A stretch of DNA of 64,000 nucleotides from Phaeosaccion multiseriatum. Its lineage: Eukaryota > Protista > Ochrophyta, other classes. Below are positions 32,316 to 45,799 of this stretch, in pieces (position 1 is the first letter of the stretch; each line of letters begins with the position of its first letter). The notes under the pieces were generated by a model. That model worked only from the letters and a program-made list of their open reading frames with translations, did no database searches and had not been told where the DNA came from. Location of the stretch: the NCBI GenBank assembly GCA_965112735.1, contig OZ218950.1, positions 6,448,001-6,512,000 on the forward strand, in the 5' to 3' direction. The position numbers and the translations under genes are program-made.

Positions 32316-35300
32316 ATGGGTAAGGGAAGGAGAAGGTCCTCCGTGGGCCAGCCGAGCCCCGCCAACAGTAGCGCAGGAAGCGCGGGTGGGAAAGGAGGAG
32401 ACAGAGCCAGCAAGGGCAAGGTCGCGGCCAGCCTAGTCAACAAAGCCGAGCAACGCGCGTTCTTCGACCCGGCTTACTGCGTACCCGCGGGTCAGGCCGG
32501 CGCGGATGACCTCTTCAAAGACGAGGAATATGTTGGAAAGTGAGTACCTATCGATCGTAAAGGAATGCTGACTCAATGGTGTGATTTGACATCGTATATT
32601 CTCCCACATTTGCCCCTATACTGCTGCTCTGTCTTGTTTGAACGTGGCCCTCCAATGGAACACAAGTCACTGTGCACATTTTCTCACCATTCGTAGCCGC
32701 CAGGCTGTGCATACATATGTCCCCCTAAGCAACCTGCTTGTACCCGTTGTTCCTTCTCTGTCCCTCCCCTACCTCCCCTTCAGACTGCTCTACACGCCCT
32801 GCATCATCCTCCGGCAGGTGGCGGACAGCAGTGACGTCATGGTGCGCACCACAGATGGCGAGCGCCACCGCATGAAGGGAGAGCACCTGCGCTACGTCGG
32901 GAAGCAGGCCGAGGAGGGCGTGAGGGACATCCTCGTCCTTAATGACTTCAGCGAGATGAGCATGTTGCACACACTGAGGGTCAGATACCTCAAGGACGAG
33001 GTGCGTGTGTGTGCGTGTGTGTGCGTGTTTGTGTATGTGTGCGCGAGGCAAGAGGAGCGAGTGGCCGAGGCGGTGACGTGGGGATACTGGGAGGACGTCA
33101 CGGCTGGAGACGAACGGACTCGATGGCTAAGCAACGCGACAGATGTACTAACTTCCAACACCCCCCCCCCACTATCTTTTCGCTTCCCCCCCCCTTCTCG
33201 TCAACGAACCTCAACGCGCTTCGTATTTTGCATCATATCACACACCACAAACCATACCACGCACATACACACACATAAACACAATATGTATGTTATGTAT
33301 ACATGTATACATCACACTACACACAGGTGTACACCTTCGTGGGCCCCATCCTCATCTCCATCAACCCCTACAAATGGATCAAGGGCCTCTACGAGGAAAG
33401 CGCCATGCTTACCTACCACGGGGCTTCGGCGCAGGGAGGGGACGCCGCCGCCTCCCTCGCTCCCCACCTCTTCTCCGTTGCCGACGCTGCCTACTGCGCC
33501 CTCGTCAACTCAAGCAAGAAGGCACAGAACCAGTCCATCATCATCAGTGGAGAGAGCGGCGCCGGAAAGACGGAAGCCACCAAGATTATCATGCAGTACC
33601 TGGCCAGGATCACCAGCGGCTCGTCGGGCGGGGGGGGCAGCGGAGGTCATGCCCCGGGGGGAGAGATTATCGCTGCTCACTCCGGCGGTGGGGGGGGGGG
33701 GAGCACCATCCACGTTGGCGAGCTGGAGGAGCGAGTGCTTAGCTGCAATCCGGTGCGTGGGTGCGTGCGTGCACGTGTGCGTGGGCTTGGATGTGTGGAA
33801 GCATAAGACTGCGTGGGCGTGGGCGAGTGTGTGCTGCCGTTGGGCATCAGGACCCCCAAGTCACACCGAAACACTCTCGAAAGACAAGCGGACAGGCCCA
33901 CCCTTTCTACGATTCGCCCCCCCGCCCCCTCTTCCTCCCATCCCTCTTACTAACACGCCCAACACAACGCTCATACTCAAATCAATAACCCGCCGTATGT
34001 GCGCCTGTCCTCCTTCCTTGCCACACCACTTCCATCAGCTCTTGGAGAGCTTTGGCAACGCTCGCACCCTCCGAAACGACAACTCGTCGCGCTTCGGAAA
34101 GTTCATCAAGATTCAGTTCGACGCCTCTGGCAAGATCACGGGAGCGCAGATCGAAAACTACCTGCTGGAGAAGACGAGGATCGTAAGGCAGGCGGTGGGG
34201 GAGCGCAACTACCACATTTTCTATCAGGTAGGTAGGCGGGGAAGGCGGGAGAGGAGTGGGAGGAAAGAAGGCGCTGGCACAGTAAGTATGGAAGTACGTA
34301 GGCGTGCGAGTGGATAGAACGATTGGTCTTGCTTTCTTCACCTTCTCCTTTATCATCAGGAGACCTGATCGTTGTGCTTCCTTCCTTCCCCTTCCCCTTC
34401 CCTTTTCCTCTCATCCTCAGCTCCTGGAGGGCCTCAGTAGCGACGTGCTGAAGGGCCTGGAGCTGGAGGGAGGGCCTCAGGCCTTCGGATTCCTCAACGG
34501 CAGCGAGTGCTACGAAGTGCCTGGCAGGAGCGACACAGAGGTGGGTGGGTGCGTGCGTGCGTGCATGACGGATGGTCCATGGCCCGTTGTGGGCCAGGCA
34601 CTCAGTGGCAATTCTTCACCGGATTGTATACTGGAGTCTATCGTGGTCCCGCCTCTCTTTTTCACTCCCTGCTCTCTGTCTCACTCCCTCGTCCTCTCGT
34701 CTTCACCTTGTCCCCACGCCCCTCCGCCCTCTACTCTCTCGTCTTCACCTTGTCCCCACGCCCCTCCGCCCTCTACTCTCTCTCTTCCTCCCTCTCCCTC
34801 GTCCACAACAACCTCTGCTTGACAACTGCATGACCTCTGCTTGACAACCTCTGTTGGACGACAGGAGTTCGAGGTGACTGTAGCTTGCCTGGCCGCCATC
34901 AACGTGTCTGAGGAGACGCGTGCACGCATCTTTGAGCTGTTGGCCGCTGTGCTGCACCTCGGCAATGTCCAGTTTCAGGACAATGAGGAGGGCCACGCGG
35001 CCATGGCCCCGGAGAGCGACGCCCACCTGCGGGCAGCGGCTCGCATGCTCGGGTTTGAGGGAGATGCCATGGGAAGGGCGCTCTGCACGAAGGTAAGTTG
35101 GGTTGTTAGATGGTTGGGTGTGGGTGGGTGGTTGGTTGGTTGGTTGGTTGGTTTTGTGCTTGATGGTTTGTGGTTGGATCGCTGGCTGGCTGGCTGGCTG
35201 GTTGGTTGGTTGGTTGGTTGGGTCAGCTGGTTGGATGGCGGTGAGGCGAATCAAGCTTGCAGTCTTGGGGGATACCGATTCTCAGTACCCATACTGGTAA

Positions 35301-38300
35301 TAAGCTTGCTGGGACTGAAACTGAAACTCTGCGTCACAACAACAGGTGCTGAAGATGAAGGGATCTGATGTGGTGCAGCACCAGTCAGTGGAGCAGGCCA
35401 TCGACAAAAGGGATGCCTTGGCCAAGGTGAGCAGAGTGAGCAGCGAGGGGGTTTAGAGAGAGGGAGCAGCATGGCAGCTACTTGCAGTCGACAACGACAG
35501 GCCTGAACGGGGCACGCGTGGGGGGAGGTATGCGAAGGGCAAACAACCTCAAGCACATGCCATTGTACTGATCAGTCTCACGTAGTTTTGCTTGCTGGCG
35601 ACGTTTGCGATCACCACCACCAACTCGTCCATCACCTACCCACCCATCCACCTACCTCCCCTCAGGCGGTGTATAGCGAGCTCTTCCTGTGGCTGGTGCA
35701 GGCTCTGAACCGGACCATCAGCGCCGAGCAGGGCAAGTGGTGGGGCTTTATCGGGGTGCTCGACATTTACGGTTTCGAAAAGTTCGACGTCAACAGCTTC
35801 GAGCAGGTACGAGACAATTTTGAAAGAAGCATAGAATGAAGAGTGGCAGAGCCAGTTGTCTCTATGAGTATCTTTACTTCTTCCTTCCTAATTTTCCTCT
35901 ACGCCCTTCACACACATGTGTGTGTGTGTGTCAATGAATGCTCAAATAGCTGCTGATCAACTACGCCAACGAGAAGCTGCAGCGCCACTTCAACAAACAC
36001 ATCTTCGAAGTGGAGCAGGAAGAGTATGCCAACGAGGGCATTGACTGGAGCTACATCAAGTTCAACGACAATCAGGTACATGCAGTGCACCATCACGTAA
36101 CTATTCGCATCGCTACGTCTTGTCGTATATCTATATACCTGCACGTACTACCATCTCACAACCCACCACACACCCCCATTCACGGCCACCCCCAACCCCC
36201 CCCTACACCCACCCACTCATCCACTGCCATCCCACCCTGTCCCAGCTGTGCCTGGACTTGATCGACGGCAAGCCGCACGGCCTGGCAGGCATCCTCAACG
36301 CATTGGACGATGCGCAGCGCTTCAAGGGAGAGGAGGCCAACGCAAACTACCTCAATCAACTTCACGTGTCCTTTGGAGGGGACAAGGTGAGTGCATGAGT
36401 GAGCATCACCTGGGCATCATCTGGGCATCACCCTTCTCTCTCACCCCCCCCCCCCCCACCCTACTTCACTGCTCCACTTCTCCACTGCCAGACAGCAGCA
36501 CACAGCAAACTTTCCATCGTTTTGGCGCTTGGACCGTCCTTTATGTTGCTCTTTTGCCTGTGCCCGTGTCCAACTGTTTGCCTTTTTGCCCACCTTCTCT
36601 CTCTTCTTCTCCCCTCCCTCCCTCCGTCCTTCTGTTAAAGGCCAAGCACGAACACTTCGTGGTGCCGCGTTTCCACAAGGACACGTACTTTGGCATCCTG
36701 CACTACGCAGGGGAGGTGTTCTACACTGTGCAGGGCTTCAACGAGAAGAACAGGGAGAACCTCAGCAGCGACATCAAAGACCTCATCAGAGGCACCTCCT
36801 CCGACTTGCTCACGTGAGTCAGAGTCAGGCATTGCTCTTGTCTCGTCTCTCTCTCTCTTCCTTCTCCCTCCGTACCTCTTTCTCTCTGCCTCTCTCTCTC
36901 TTCCATCTCTTTTGTCTCTCTCTCCCTCTCTACCTCTCTCTCTCCATCTCTCCCTCTCTTTTTCCGTTCTTCCTTCACCTGAGTGCTCTGTGGTCGGTAC
37001 TTGCTACCCCCACTTCAGCCCTCCCCCCGCTTACCTCTCACTCACACCCTCCTCGAACCCTAACCCTATCCCTCTTGCCTCTCCCCCCCCCCCCCACCAC
37101 CACCACCACCACCACCACTATCCCACCCCTATTACAGCGAGGCCTTTGCCATCGGGAGCAGTCTCCTGGACAGCTCCAACCTTGCCGCCCCCGGGGGTGC
37201 GCCTGGGCCAGCGGGCAACGCGCGCCGCGGGGGAGGTAGAATCCGCGAGACATCTGTGAGCGCACAGTTCAAGCAGAGCCTACAGGTAAAGGTGTCTTGT
37301 CTTGTCCCTCTTTCTCGTGGTCGAACATCTCTTCTTTCGCGCTTGCTGGAGCGCCACCCATCTCCCCTTTCTCACCCCTCTCTTCTCGTTGGTTCTGCTC
37401 CCTCCATCACCCTTTGTGTGAACTCGCTCACCCACACCGCAGGGTCTCATGCACACAGTAGCCGCCACGTGTCCTCGTTACATCCGCTGCATCAAGCCCA
37501 ACCATACCAAGGAGGCAGATGCCCTTAATGGGGTTGAGACGCTGCGCCAGCTCAAGTACGCAGGGATGATGGAGACTATTCGCATCAGGCAGCAGGGCTA
37601 CGCGTTGCGTGAAGACCACGACCAGTTCGTGGCTCGCTACATGGCCCTTGCGCCGGATGCAAAGACGGTGGAGGAGCTTGTGGACCGCCTCTCGAAGCAG
37701 CTGAGCATCGGTCACGAGGACTGGCAGATCGGCACCACAAAGGTGGGAGAGAGATGGTTTGGCCTACACATACACGCACGCACACACACACACACACACA
37801 CATGTATATACTCATACGCTCATACGCACATATGGATGCTTTTGGTTTGGCTCCTCTCGTCCCCTCCTTGTCCTATATCCCTCTCCTCGTCGCGCCACTG
37901 CGATCCGCCTGCCTATCCTCCGCTCACTCTTTGCCTCCTCCCCCTCTCCCTTCCCTCCTTCATTACCTACCTACCTGCCTACCAAATGGCTCTGCACATG
38001 CGTACGAACACAAGATCTTCCTCCGCCGGACCCTCGCCGACAGCCTCGAGCGATTGGTGGCGCTGAGGATCTGCTCTGCCACTCGCACTGTCCAGCGGGC
38101 GTGGCGAACCCATGTGGCCCACACCGCGAGTGTGAAGCTGCAGACGTGGGTGAGGTGTAGGATGCAGGTGCGCAGCCTGGCTCGAACGGTCCGCGCCACG
38201 GTTCGACTCCAGTGCTGTCTTCGCAAGTGGAGCGCACAGAGTCGGTACGCGGCAGAGCTGAAGAAGGTGAGGAGGGAGGGGAGGGAGGGAGTTGACTGGG

Positions 38301-41300
38301 CAATCTTGTCTTCTCTTACGTGTGAGTATGTCTTGAAAACTTGGCTTCGAAACAAAAGACATGCATGTCCTACATACACACACAACCATCGCTCGCTGCA
38401 TTCTATGCGTTCCCGACATCCCAATCGTGCATCCACATCTTCCTTGTTTCGCTGACTCCATCTTGCTTGTCACACTCGTTCTTCTTATCCTTATCCCTGT
38501 TTCCCTTCTTCTCGACAAACGCGCCCTCAGGTTGTGGGCTGTCAGACTGCCGCGCGCGGCTACTTGGCTCGGCGCCTGCTGCGAGACTTGAAAGACCCTT
38601 ACAGGCAGATGGCAGTGGATGAACTCGCCACTGCCCTGCTGAAGGCGGAAGAGGAGCTGAATCAGGCGCTGGAGGACAAGGTCTTCTCTCGGTGTGAGGA
38701 GCTGCAAACGCGCATCACCCACATCCAGCGCGTGCTCAAGGACAAGGGCGGAGTCCCGATTGATGCGGAGGGAGGAGGAAGCGCCTCAGGCGGCGATAGT
38801 CCCTCCTCCCACAACGGGATGAATCGCGAAGAGATTGAAATTCGCATTCTCGAGACGCAGCTGCGACTGGACGCTGCCAGTGCTGACAAGGACTTTGGCC
38901 TTTGTGGACAGCTGCAGGAAGCCATGTCGGCACTCGAGGCCATCAAGGCGCAGCACAAGGCTCAGCATCCCACCATGGAGGAGGTGGAGGAGGGCATTGC
39001 CAAGGCCAAGGTGGACATTGAGCACGCCATGACAGGCAAAGACTTCAGCAGGTGTGCTCGGCTGCAGGCAGATATTGAGGTGTTTGAGACGCAGCGAGCG
39101 AAACTCGTTGCCGCGAAAGAGGCAGCAGCAGCGGCGGCTGGAGGAGGGGCTGTAGGAGGCTCGGGCGACGATCTGTCCAAGCTGATGCGAGGAGAGCTTG
39201 CGGGCAGGCTGGAGGAGGCGAAGGCTGCGCTGGCGGAGGCCGAGAAGGAACGGCGCTTCAACGAGTGTGTATCCCTCCAGGCGAGGATTGATGCTGTGCA
39301 GCAGGCCATCGATGCCCTGCCTGCAGTGGATACCTTGGAAGAGGCCGTTCGCGAGACAAAGGAGAGACTCGAAGCTGCGACAAGTGCCAAAGACTATCGA
39401 GTGCAAGCGGAGCTGACGATCGAGTTGGAACGAGTGTCGACACAGCTTGCAGCAATGGTGGAGGACGAGCAGAAGGAGTTTTCGAGAGAGAAGGTGACGC
39501 TCCGCCTGGGTGAGCTTGAGGGGCTGGTGAAGAAGGCAATCGCAGATAAGGACTTTGTGCAGTGTGGGCCTTTGCAGAAGGAGATTGATAAGCTGGAGAA
39601 GATTAAAGCCACCTTCCCCTCGGCGGAGAAGCTCGACGCGGATATTGAGGCAAAGGAGGAAGCCGTTAAGGCCAGCCTCGCCGCGAGAGACTTTTCTGCT
39701 TGTGCAACGCTGGAGGAGGAGCTCAAGGGACTAAAGGGAGAGCGCGCACTTTGCCCTGAGCCTCTGCCCGTGAAGAAGACGATGAAACAGCCGGAAGACG
39801 GCGCTAAGAAGGCCCCCGTTGCCGCGAGAGTTGTAGCGGGGGGAGTTGGAGCAACAGTACCTACCGCACCGCTGACTGCCGCTGCTACTTCACCATTGGC
39901 GGCTCGGTCCAAGAAGAATGGCGTCGCAGTAGTGTCTGCCAAACCTTTGACGGCGAAGAAACAGCCCAAGTCAGGAGCACCAAAAGCAGCGTCAGCAGCA
40001 GCAGAGACACGGCCGGTGTCGAAGCTGCGGCCCAAGCAGCCCGTGACTCTCTCTCAAGAGGCCACCGTGGAGGAAGTCGCGCTGGAGATGAGCAAGCACC
40101 GCACTGACGCGGCACTTCTCGTGTCGTCTTCCGGCGCTCTGGCAGGCATCATTACGGACAACGATCTGACCAGGAGGGTCGTGGCCAAGGGAGTCGATCC
40201 CACGACCACCGCAGTGGCCGATGTCATGACCGCCAATCCCCTCTGTGTGGCGATGGAAGACTCGGCGCTGGAGGCCCTAGGGATCATGATGCAGCGTCAT
40301 TTCCGGCACTTGCCAGTGACTTCCGGCTCAGAGAAGGGCGGTGGTGTATCGGGACTGCTGGACATTGCCAAGGTCATGTACGATGCGATTTCCTGCTTGG
40401 AGAAGAAGGCGCAGAGAGAGAAGGAGAACGGAGGAATGGGAAGTGGGAAGGGAGGAGGGGGGGCGTTGGGAGAGAGCAGCGTGGCCAACTTGGAGAATAT
40501 GACGCGGGCATTGGGCAAGAGCAGTGGAGGAGCCGGGGCGGGCAAGAAGGCGGCGCAGCAGGCCGCAGTGATGCAGATGCTCCTCCAGCAGGTGTTTGCG
40601 GACAATGAGGAGCCGACCTTGGGTGATGTGCTCCAGTCCAAGGGCACACCACAGTTCGTTTCTCCCTCAGACAGCGTGCGAGCCGTGGCGGAGGTGATGG
40701 CGGAGTGCCGAAAGGCGGTGCTGGTGCTTGACGGACGCTCTCTCGTGGGTATCTTCACGCCCAAGGACCTGCTGAACCGCGTGCTGGCGAAGGGTCTATC
40801 TCCAGACGAGACGGCGGTGGAGGAGGTGATGACTCCCAACCCGGACAGCGTATCTCCAGAGCTGAGCGTGCTGGACGCGCTTCATCAGATGCACGAGTAC
40901 AAGTACTTGCACTTGCCTGTGGTGGAGGAGAGCGGGAAGGTGATTGGTCTGGTGGACGTGATGGAGGTGATTGGCGCGGCGGGAGGAGAGGACGGCTCCG
41001 GATGGGAGTCCTTTTTTGGCAGCGCTATGGATGCCCGAGATGACATGTCCGACACTGCTAGCCTTCACAGCGTAGGGAGCTTGCGAGGCCCGAGGAGCGA
41101 GGCCAGCTCCAAGGCTCCGAGCGGAGTGTCGACCAAGGCTGCCGCGGCGGCTGCTGCTGATGCGCGGCCGGTGTCTCGCCTCCGGCCCAAGATGCCCATC
41201 ATTATGGACGACTCGAGTAGCATCGAGGAGGTGGCGGTGGAGATGTCGAGAAAGAGGACAGACGCGGCTCTGTTGGTGAGCGAGGAGGGCGCTCTCCAGG

Positions 41301-44300
41301 GCATCGTAACGGACAATGACCTGACGAGGAGAGTGGTGGCGAAGAGCGTTGACCCCTCTTCCGGTGTGTCTGAGGTGATGACGCCCAACCCGCGGTGTGT
41401 GCAGATGGAGGACTCTGCTCTGGAGGCTTTGGGGGTGATGCTGGAGCGTCACTTCAGGCACTTGCCGGTGACGGATGAGGCGGGGTCTGTATCGGGGTTG
41501 CTCGACATTGCCAAGGTTATGTACGATGCCATTTCGCGACTGGAGAAGGTGGCGGAGAAGAAGAACGAGGAAGGAGGAGGTGACCCGAACGCGGCCGCCA
41601 TGGCAATGATGGCAACAATGCAGGCTGGGAGCAAGAAGGGCATGAGTGCGAAGCAGGCGGCGGCAATGCAGATGATGCTGCAGATGCTGGGGGGTGATGA
41701 CAACAAGCTGGCGTCCTTGGGGGAGGTACTGTCCTCCAAGGCGAAGCCTCTGTTCGTTTCTCCCTCAGACAGCGTGCGAGCCGTGGCGGAGGTGATGGCG
41801 GAGTGCCGAAAGGCGGTGCTGGTACTTGACGGACGCTCTCTCGTGGGTATCTTCACGCCCAAGGACCTGCTGAACCGCGTGCTGGCGAAGGGTCTATCTC
41901 CAGACGAGACGGCGGTGGAGGCGGTGATGACTCCCAACCCGGACAGCGTATCTCCAGAGCTGAGCGTGCTGGACGCGCTTCATCAGATGCACGAGTACAA
42001 GTACTTGCACTTGCCGGTGGTGGAGGAGAGCGGGAAGGTGATTGGTCTGGTGGACGTGATGGAGGTGATTGCTGCTGTTGTCGGGGAGGAGGGCTCTGAC
42101 GGATGGGAAGCCTTCTTTGGAGGTGCGATGGACATGGGAGACGAGTTTTCAGACACCGCGAGCCACCACAGTTTGGGCAGTATGAGGAGCAAGAGGAGCA
42201 CCAAGAGCAAGAAGACGACAATATCAGAGGCGCCATCGAAGGCTGCCGCGGCGGCTGCTGCTGATGCGCGGCCGGTGTCTCGCCTCCGGCCCAAGATGCC
42301 CATCATTATGGACGACTCGAGTAGCATCGAGGAGGTGGCGGTGGAGATGTCGAGGAAGAGGACAGACGCGGCTCTGTTGGTGAGCGAGGAGGGAGCGCTC
42401 CAGGGCATCGTAACGGACAATGACCTGACGAGGAGAGTGGTGGCGAAGAGTGTTGACCCCTCTTCCGGTGTGTCTGAGGTGATGACGCCCAACCCGCGGT
42501 GTGTGCAGATGGAGGACTCTGCTCTGGAGGCGTTGGGGGTGATGCTGGAGCGTCACTTCAGGCACTTGCCGGTGACGGATGAGGCGGGGTCTGTATCGGG
42601 GCTGCTCGACATTGCCAAGGTTATGTACGATGCCATTTCGCGACTGGAGAAGGTGGCGGAGAAGAAGAACGAGGAAGGAGGAGGTGACCCGAACGCGGCC
42701 GCCATGGCAATGATGGCAACGATGCAGACTGGGAGCAAGAAGGGCGTGAGTGCGAAGCAGGCGGCGGCAATGCAGATGATGCTGCAGATGCTGGGGGGTG
42801 ATGACAACAAGCTGGCATCCTTGGGGGAGGTACTGTCCTCCAAGGCGAAGCCTCTGTTCGTTTCTCCCTCAGACAGCGTGCGAGCCGTGGCGGAGGTGAT
42901 GGCGGAGTGCCGAAAGGCGGTGCTGGTACTTGACGGACGCTCTCTCGTGGGTATCTTCACGCCCAAGGACCTGCTGAACCGCGTGCTGGCAAAGGGTCTA
43001 TCTCCAGACGAGACGGCGGTGGAGGCGGTGATGACTCCCAACCCGGACAGCGTATCTCCAGAGCTGAGCGTGCTGGACGCGCTTCATCAGATGCACGAGT
43101 ACAAGTACTTGCACTTGCCGGTGGTGGAGGAGAGCGGGAAGGTGATTGGTCTGGTGGACGTGATGGAGGTGATTGCTGCTGTTGTCGGGGAGGAGGGCTC
43201 TGACGGATGGGAAGCCTTCTTTGGAGGTGCGATGGACATGGGAGACGAGTTTTCAGACACCGCGAGCCACCACAGTTTGGGCAGTATGAGGAGCAAGAGG
43301 AGCACCAAGAGCAAGAAGACGACAATATCAGAGGCGCCATCGAAGGCTGCCGCGGCGGCTGCTGCTGATGCGCGGCCGGTGTCTCGCCTCCGGCCCAAGA
43401 TGCCCATCATTATGGACGACTCGAGTAGCATCGAGGAGGTGGCGGTGGAGATGTCGAGGAAGAGGACAGACGCAGCTCTGTTGGTGAGCGAGGAGGGAGC
43501 GCTCCAGGGCATCGTAACGGACAATGACCTGACGAGGAGAGTGGTGGCGAAGAGTGTTGACCCCTCTTCCGGTGTGTCTGAGGTGATGACGCCCAACCCG
43601 CGGTGTGTGCAGATGGAGGACTCTGCTCTGGAGGCTTTGGGGGTGATGCTGGAGCGCCACTTCAGGCACTTGCCGGTGACGGATGAGGCGGGGTCTGTAT
43701 CGGGGCTGCTCGACATTGCCAAGGTTATGTACGATGCCATTTCGCGACTGGAGAAGGTGGCAAAGAAGAAGAACGAGGGAGGGGATGGAGCCAGCGATAT
43801 GATGTCATCGGCGATGGCAATGATGGCGAAGCAAAGCGGCATGAATAGTGCGCAAGCTTCTGCAATGAAGATGATGATGCAACAGTTGTACGGCGGCGCC
43901 GATAGTGAGCAGCAGCAAACGCTGGAGGATGTCTTGGCCTCCAAGGCGAAGCCTCTGTTCGTTTCTCCCTCAGACAGCGTGCGAGCGGTGGCGGAGGTGA
44001 TGGCGGAGTGCCGAAAGGCGGTGCTGGTACTTGACGGCCGCTCTCTCGTGGGTATCTTCACGCCCAAGGACCTGCTGAACCGCGTGCTGGCGAAGGGTCT
44101 ATCTCCAGACGAGACGGCGGTGGAAGATGTGATGACTCCCAACCCGGACAGCGTATCTCCAGAGCTGAGCGTGCTGGACGCGCTTCATCAGATGCACGAG
44201 TACAAGTACTTGCACTTGCCTGTGGTGGAGGAGAGCGGGAAGGTGATTGGTCTGGTGGACGTGATGGAGATTATCACCGCTACCGTGGGGCGTGAGGGCT

Positions 44301-45193
44301 CTGACGCATGGGAAGCCTTCTTTGGGAATGCTATGGATGCCGGAGGCGACGACTTTTCGGACACCGCATCGGAGCGGTCTGCGAGGTCGGCACGCTCGTC
44401 CCACTCGACCACCAGACATATCAAGAGCGGTGCCAGAGCGGTCAAGGGAGGGGTGGGCGCGGTTGCTGCTCCGGGAGCAATGTCTCCCCCCCGAGGTCTC
44501 GTGAGGCAGCACCACACGCCTGCGAGGGGCGGCGAAGGGCTCCAGGCGAGGGCTGTCATGCCAGTGGATGGAGATGGCGGTGCCCCTGGGGGGGACGGCA
44601 TGCTCCAGCACGACTACGAGGCGATGAGTGATATGATGGGCATGAGTGTGAGGGACAATCTCGAGGGAGAGGACGAGCAGTTCGTGTACAAGGTGCTCGA
44701 TCAAGAGGGACACACCCACCGCATTCGCTCTTCGGCAGAGCGGTTGGAGCCTCTGGTGGAGGCGGTGACTTCTAAGCTCACAAAGCTGGCGGCTGGCATG
44801 GGCAGTAGCAGCGACCTTACCGTCACTCTCAAGTACAAGGATGATGAGGGTGACGACTGCCTCCTTGCAGGGGATGACAGCCTGCACGAGGCCATAGACA
44901 TGGCGAGGGCAGCAGGATGGCCGGCCCTCAAGGTCAGCGCTGTTGTTGCCAGCGCACCGGCGAATGCAATGGCGCCTCCTCCTCCTCCAGCAGCTTCTCC
45001 TGCCGCGCAAGAAGGAGGAGGAGGAAAGAAATCAGGTGCAGACACGCAGACACCTGTAGCCTCGGCTGGGGTTTCTGCAGCCGGGGCTTCTCCCAAGGCC
45101 TCTGGGGGTTCGGGCAAGGCCCTGTTGGGAGTTGGGGTAGTAGTAGCCTTGGCTGCAGCGGCAGGCTTTGCGATTCTTGGGCGGAAGAAGTGA
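32316..45193 (+). CDS. Myosin (stramenopile CBS/PB1-tailed, Myo29-like), ~3142 aa, 15 exons
   Basis: Exons 32316-32539, 32784-33000, 33327-33752, 34039-34227, 34421-34540, 34865-35092, 35346-35426, 35666-35806, 35950-36075, 36246-36386, 36641-36813, 37138-37285, 37443-37742, 38015-38266, 38531-45193. Motifs: P-loop [43 protein letters not shown] motifs, 16 CBS, PB1 (LKYKDDEGD) and a C-terminal TM. Confidence 0.95.
41135..43762 (+). repeat. Near-identical 1104-bp in-frame tandem duplications of the four-CBS module
   Basis: Unit starts at 41135, 42239 and 43343, with only scattered substitutions between copies. Confidence 0.95.
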
Positions 45194-45799
45194 TGAAATA
45201 TTAGGGATTTAGGAAATTAATTCTCATAGTTGACTGCCAACGGCAGTCGCCCTTACCCACAGCGGCATGCTCCCTTGATTGCATGCTGCTGCCTAATACG
45301 ATGGTGACGAACTACGACGCTGTGACTCTGTGAGTCCCCGAGCCGAGGGGCTACGGCGTTTCTCCCTCTCTCCCTCTTAACATGGGCACACGCAGAGTCA
45401 GTGCCCGCCTGAGTCCTCCTGTGCGCCACCCATCCTTATCGTGAATGGGTCTCTGCGGACCCACCTCCGCCAACCGTCGCCGCATTGCACACGCAGCACG
45501 TGCGTACAACTTAACGGATATCTTCCCCTACAAAGTAATTTTTTTCACCAGGGGAGCAACTACAATTACAAAAAGAGTTATCGTACCACGACGAGTCGCA
45601 GGGCAAGAACCCTACTCGCTTTCCTGCCTACATTCCTGCTATCCGTGTGGGGTAGAAAGGATGCACGTGAGAGGACAGGCTCAGCCCACCCACGGCCCAC
45701 CACCCACCACCTCCTTTTCCTCTCCTCCTCCCTCCTCCTCCTCCTCCTCTCCCTCCTAATCGATCCTACACAGCCCTTCCTAAGATACTCCTTCGGTTC

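Noticed and set aside
38662-45117. Antisense ORFs over the myosin tail
   Set aside because: Antisense shadows of a GC-rich coding exon.
45201-45213. TTAGGG-like telomeric seed
   Set aside because: Only 1-2 imperfect units.
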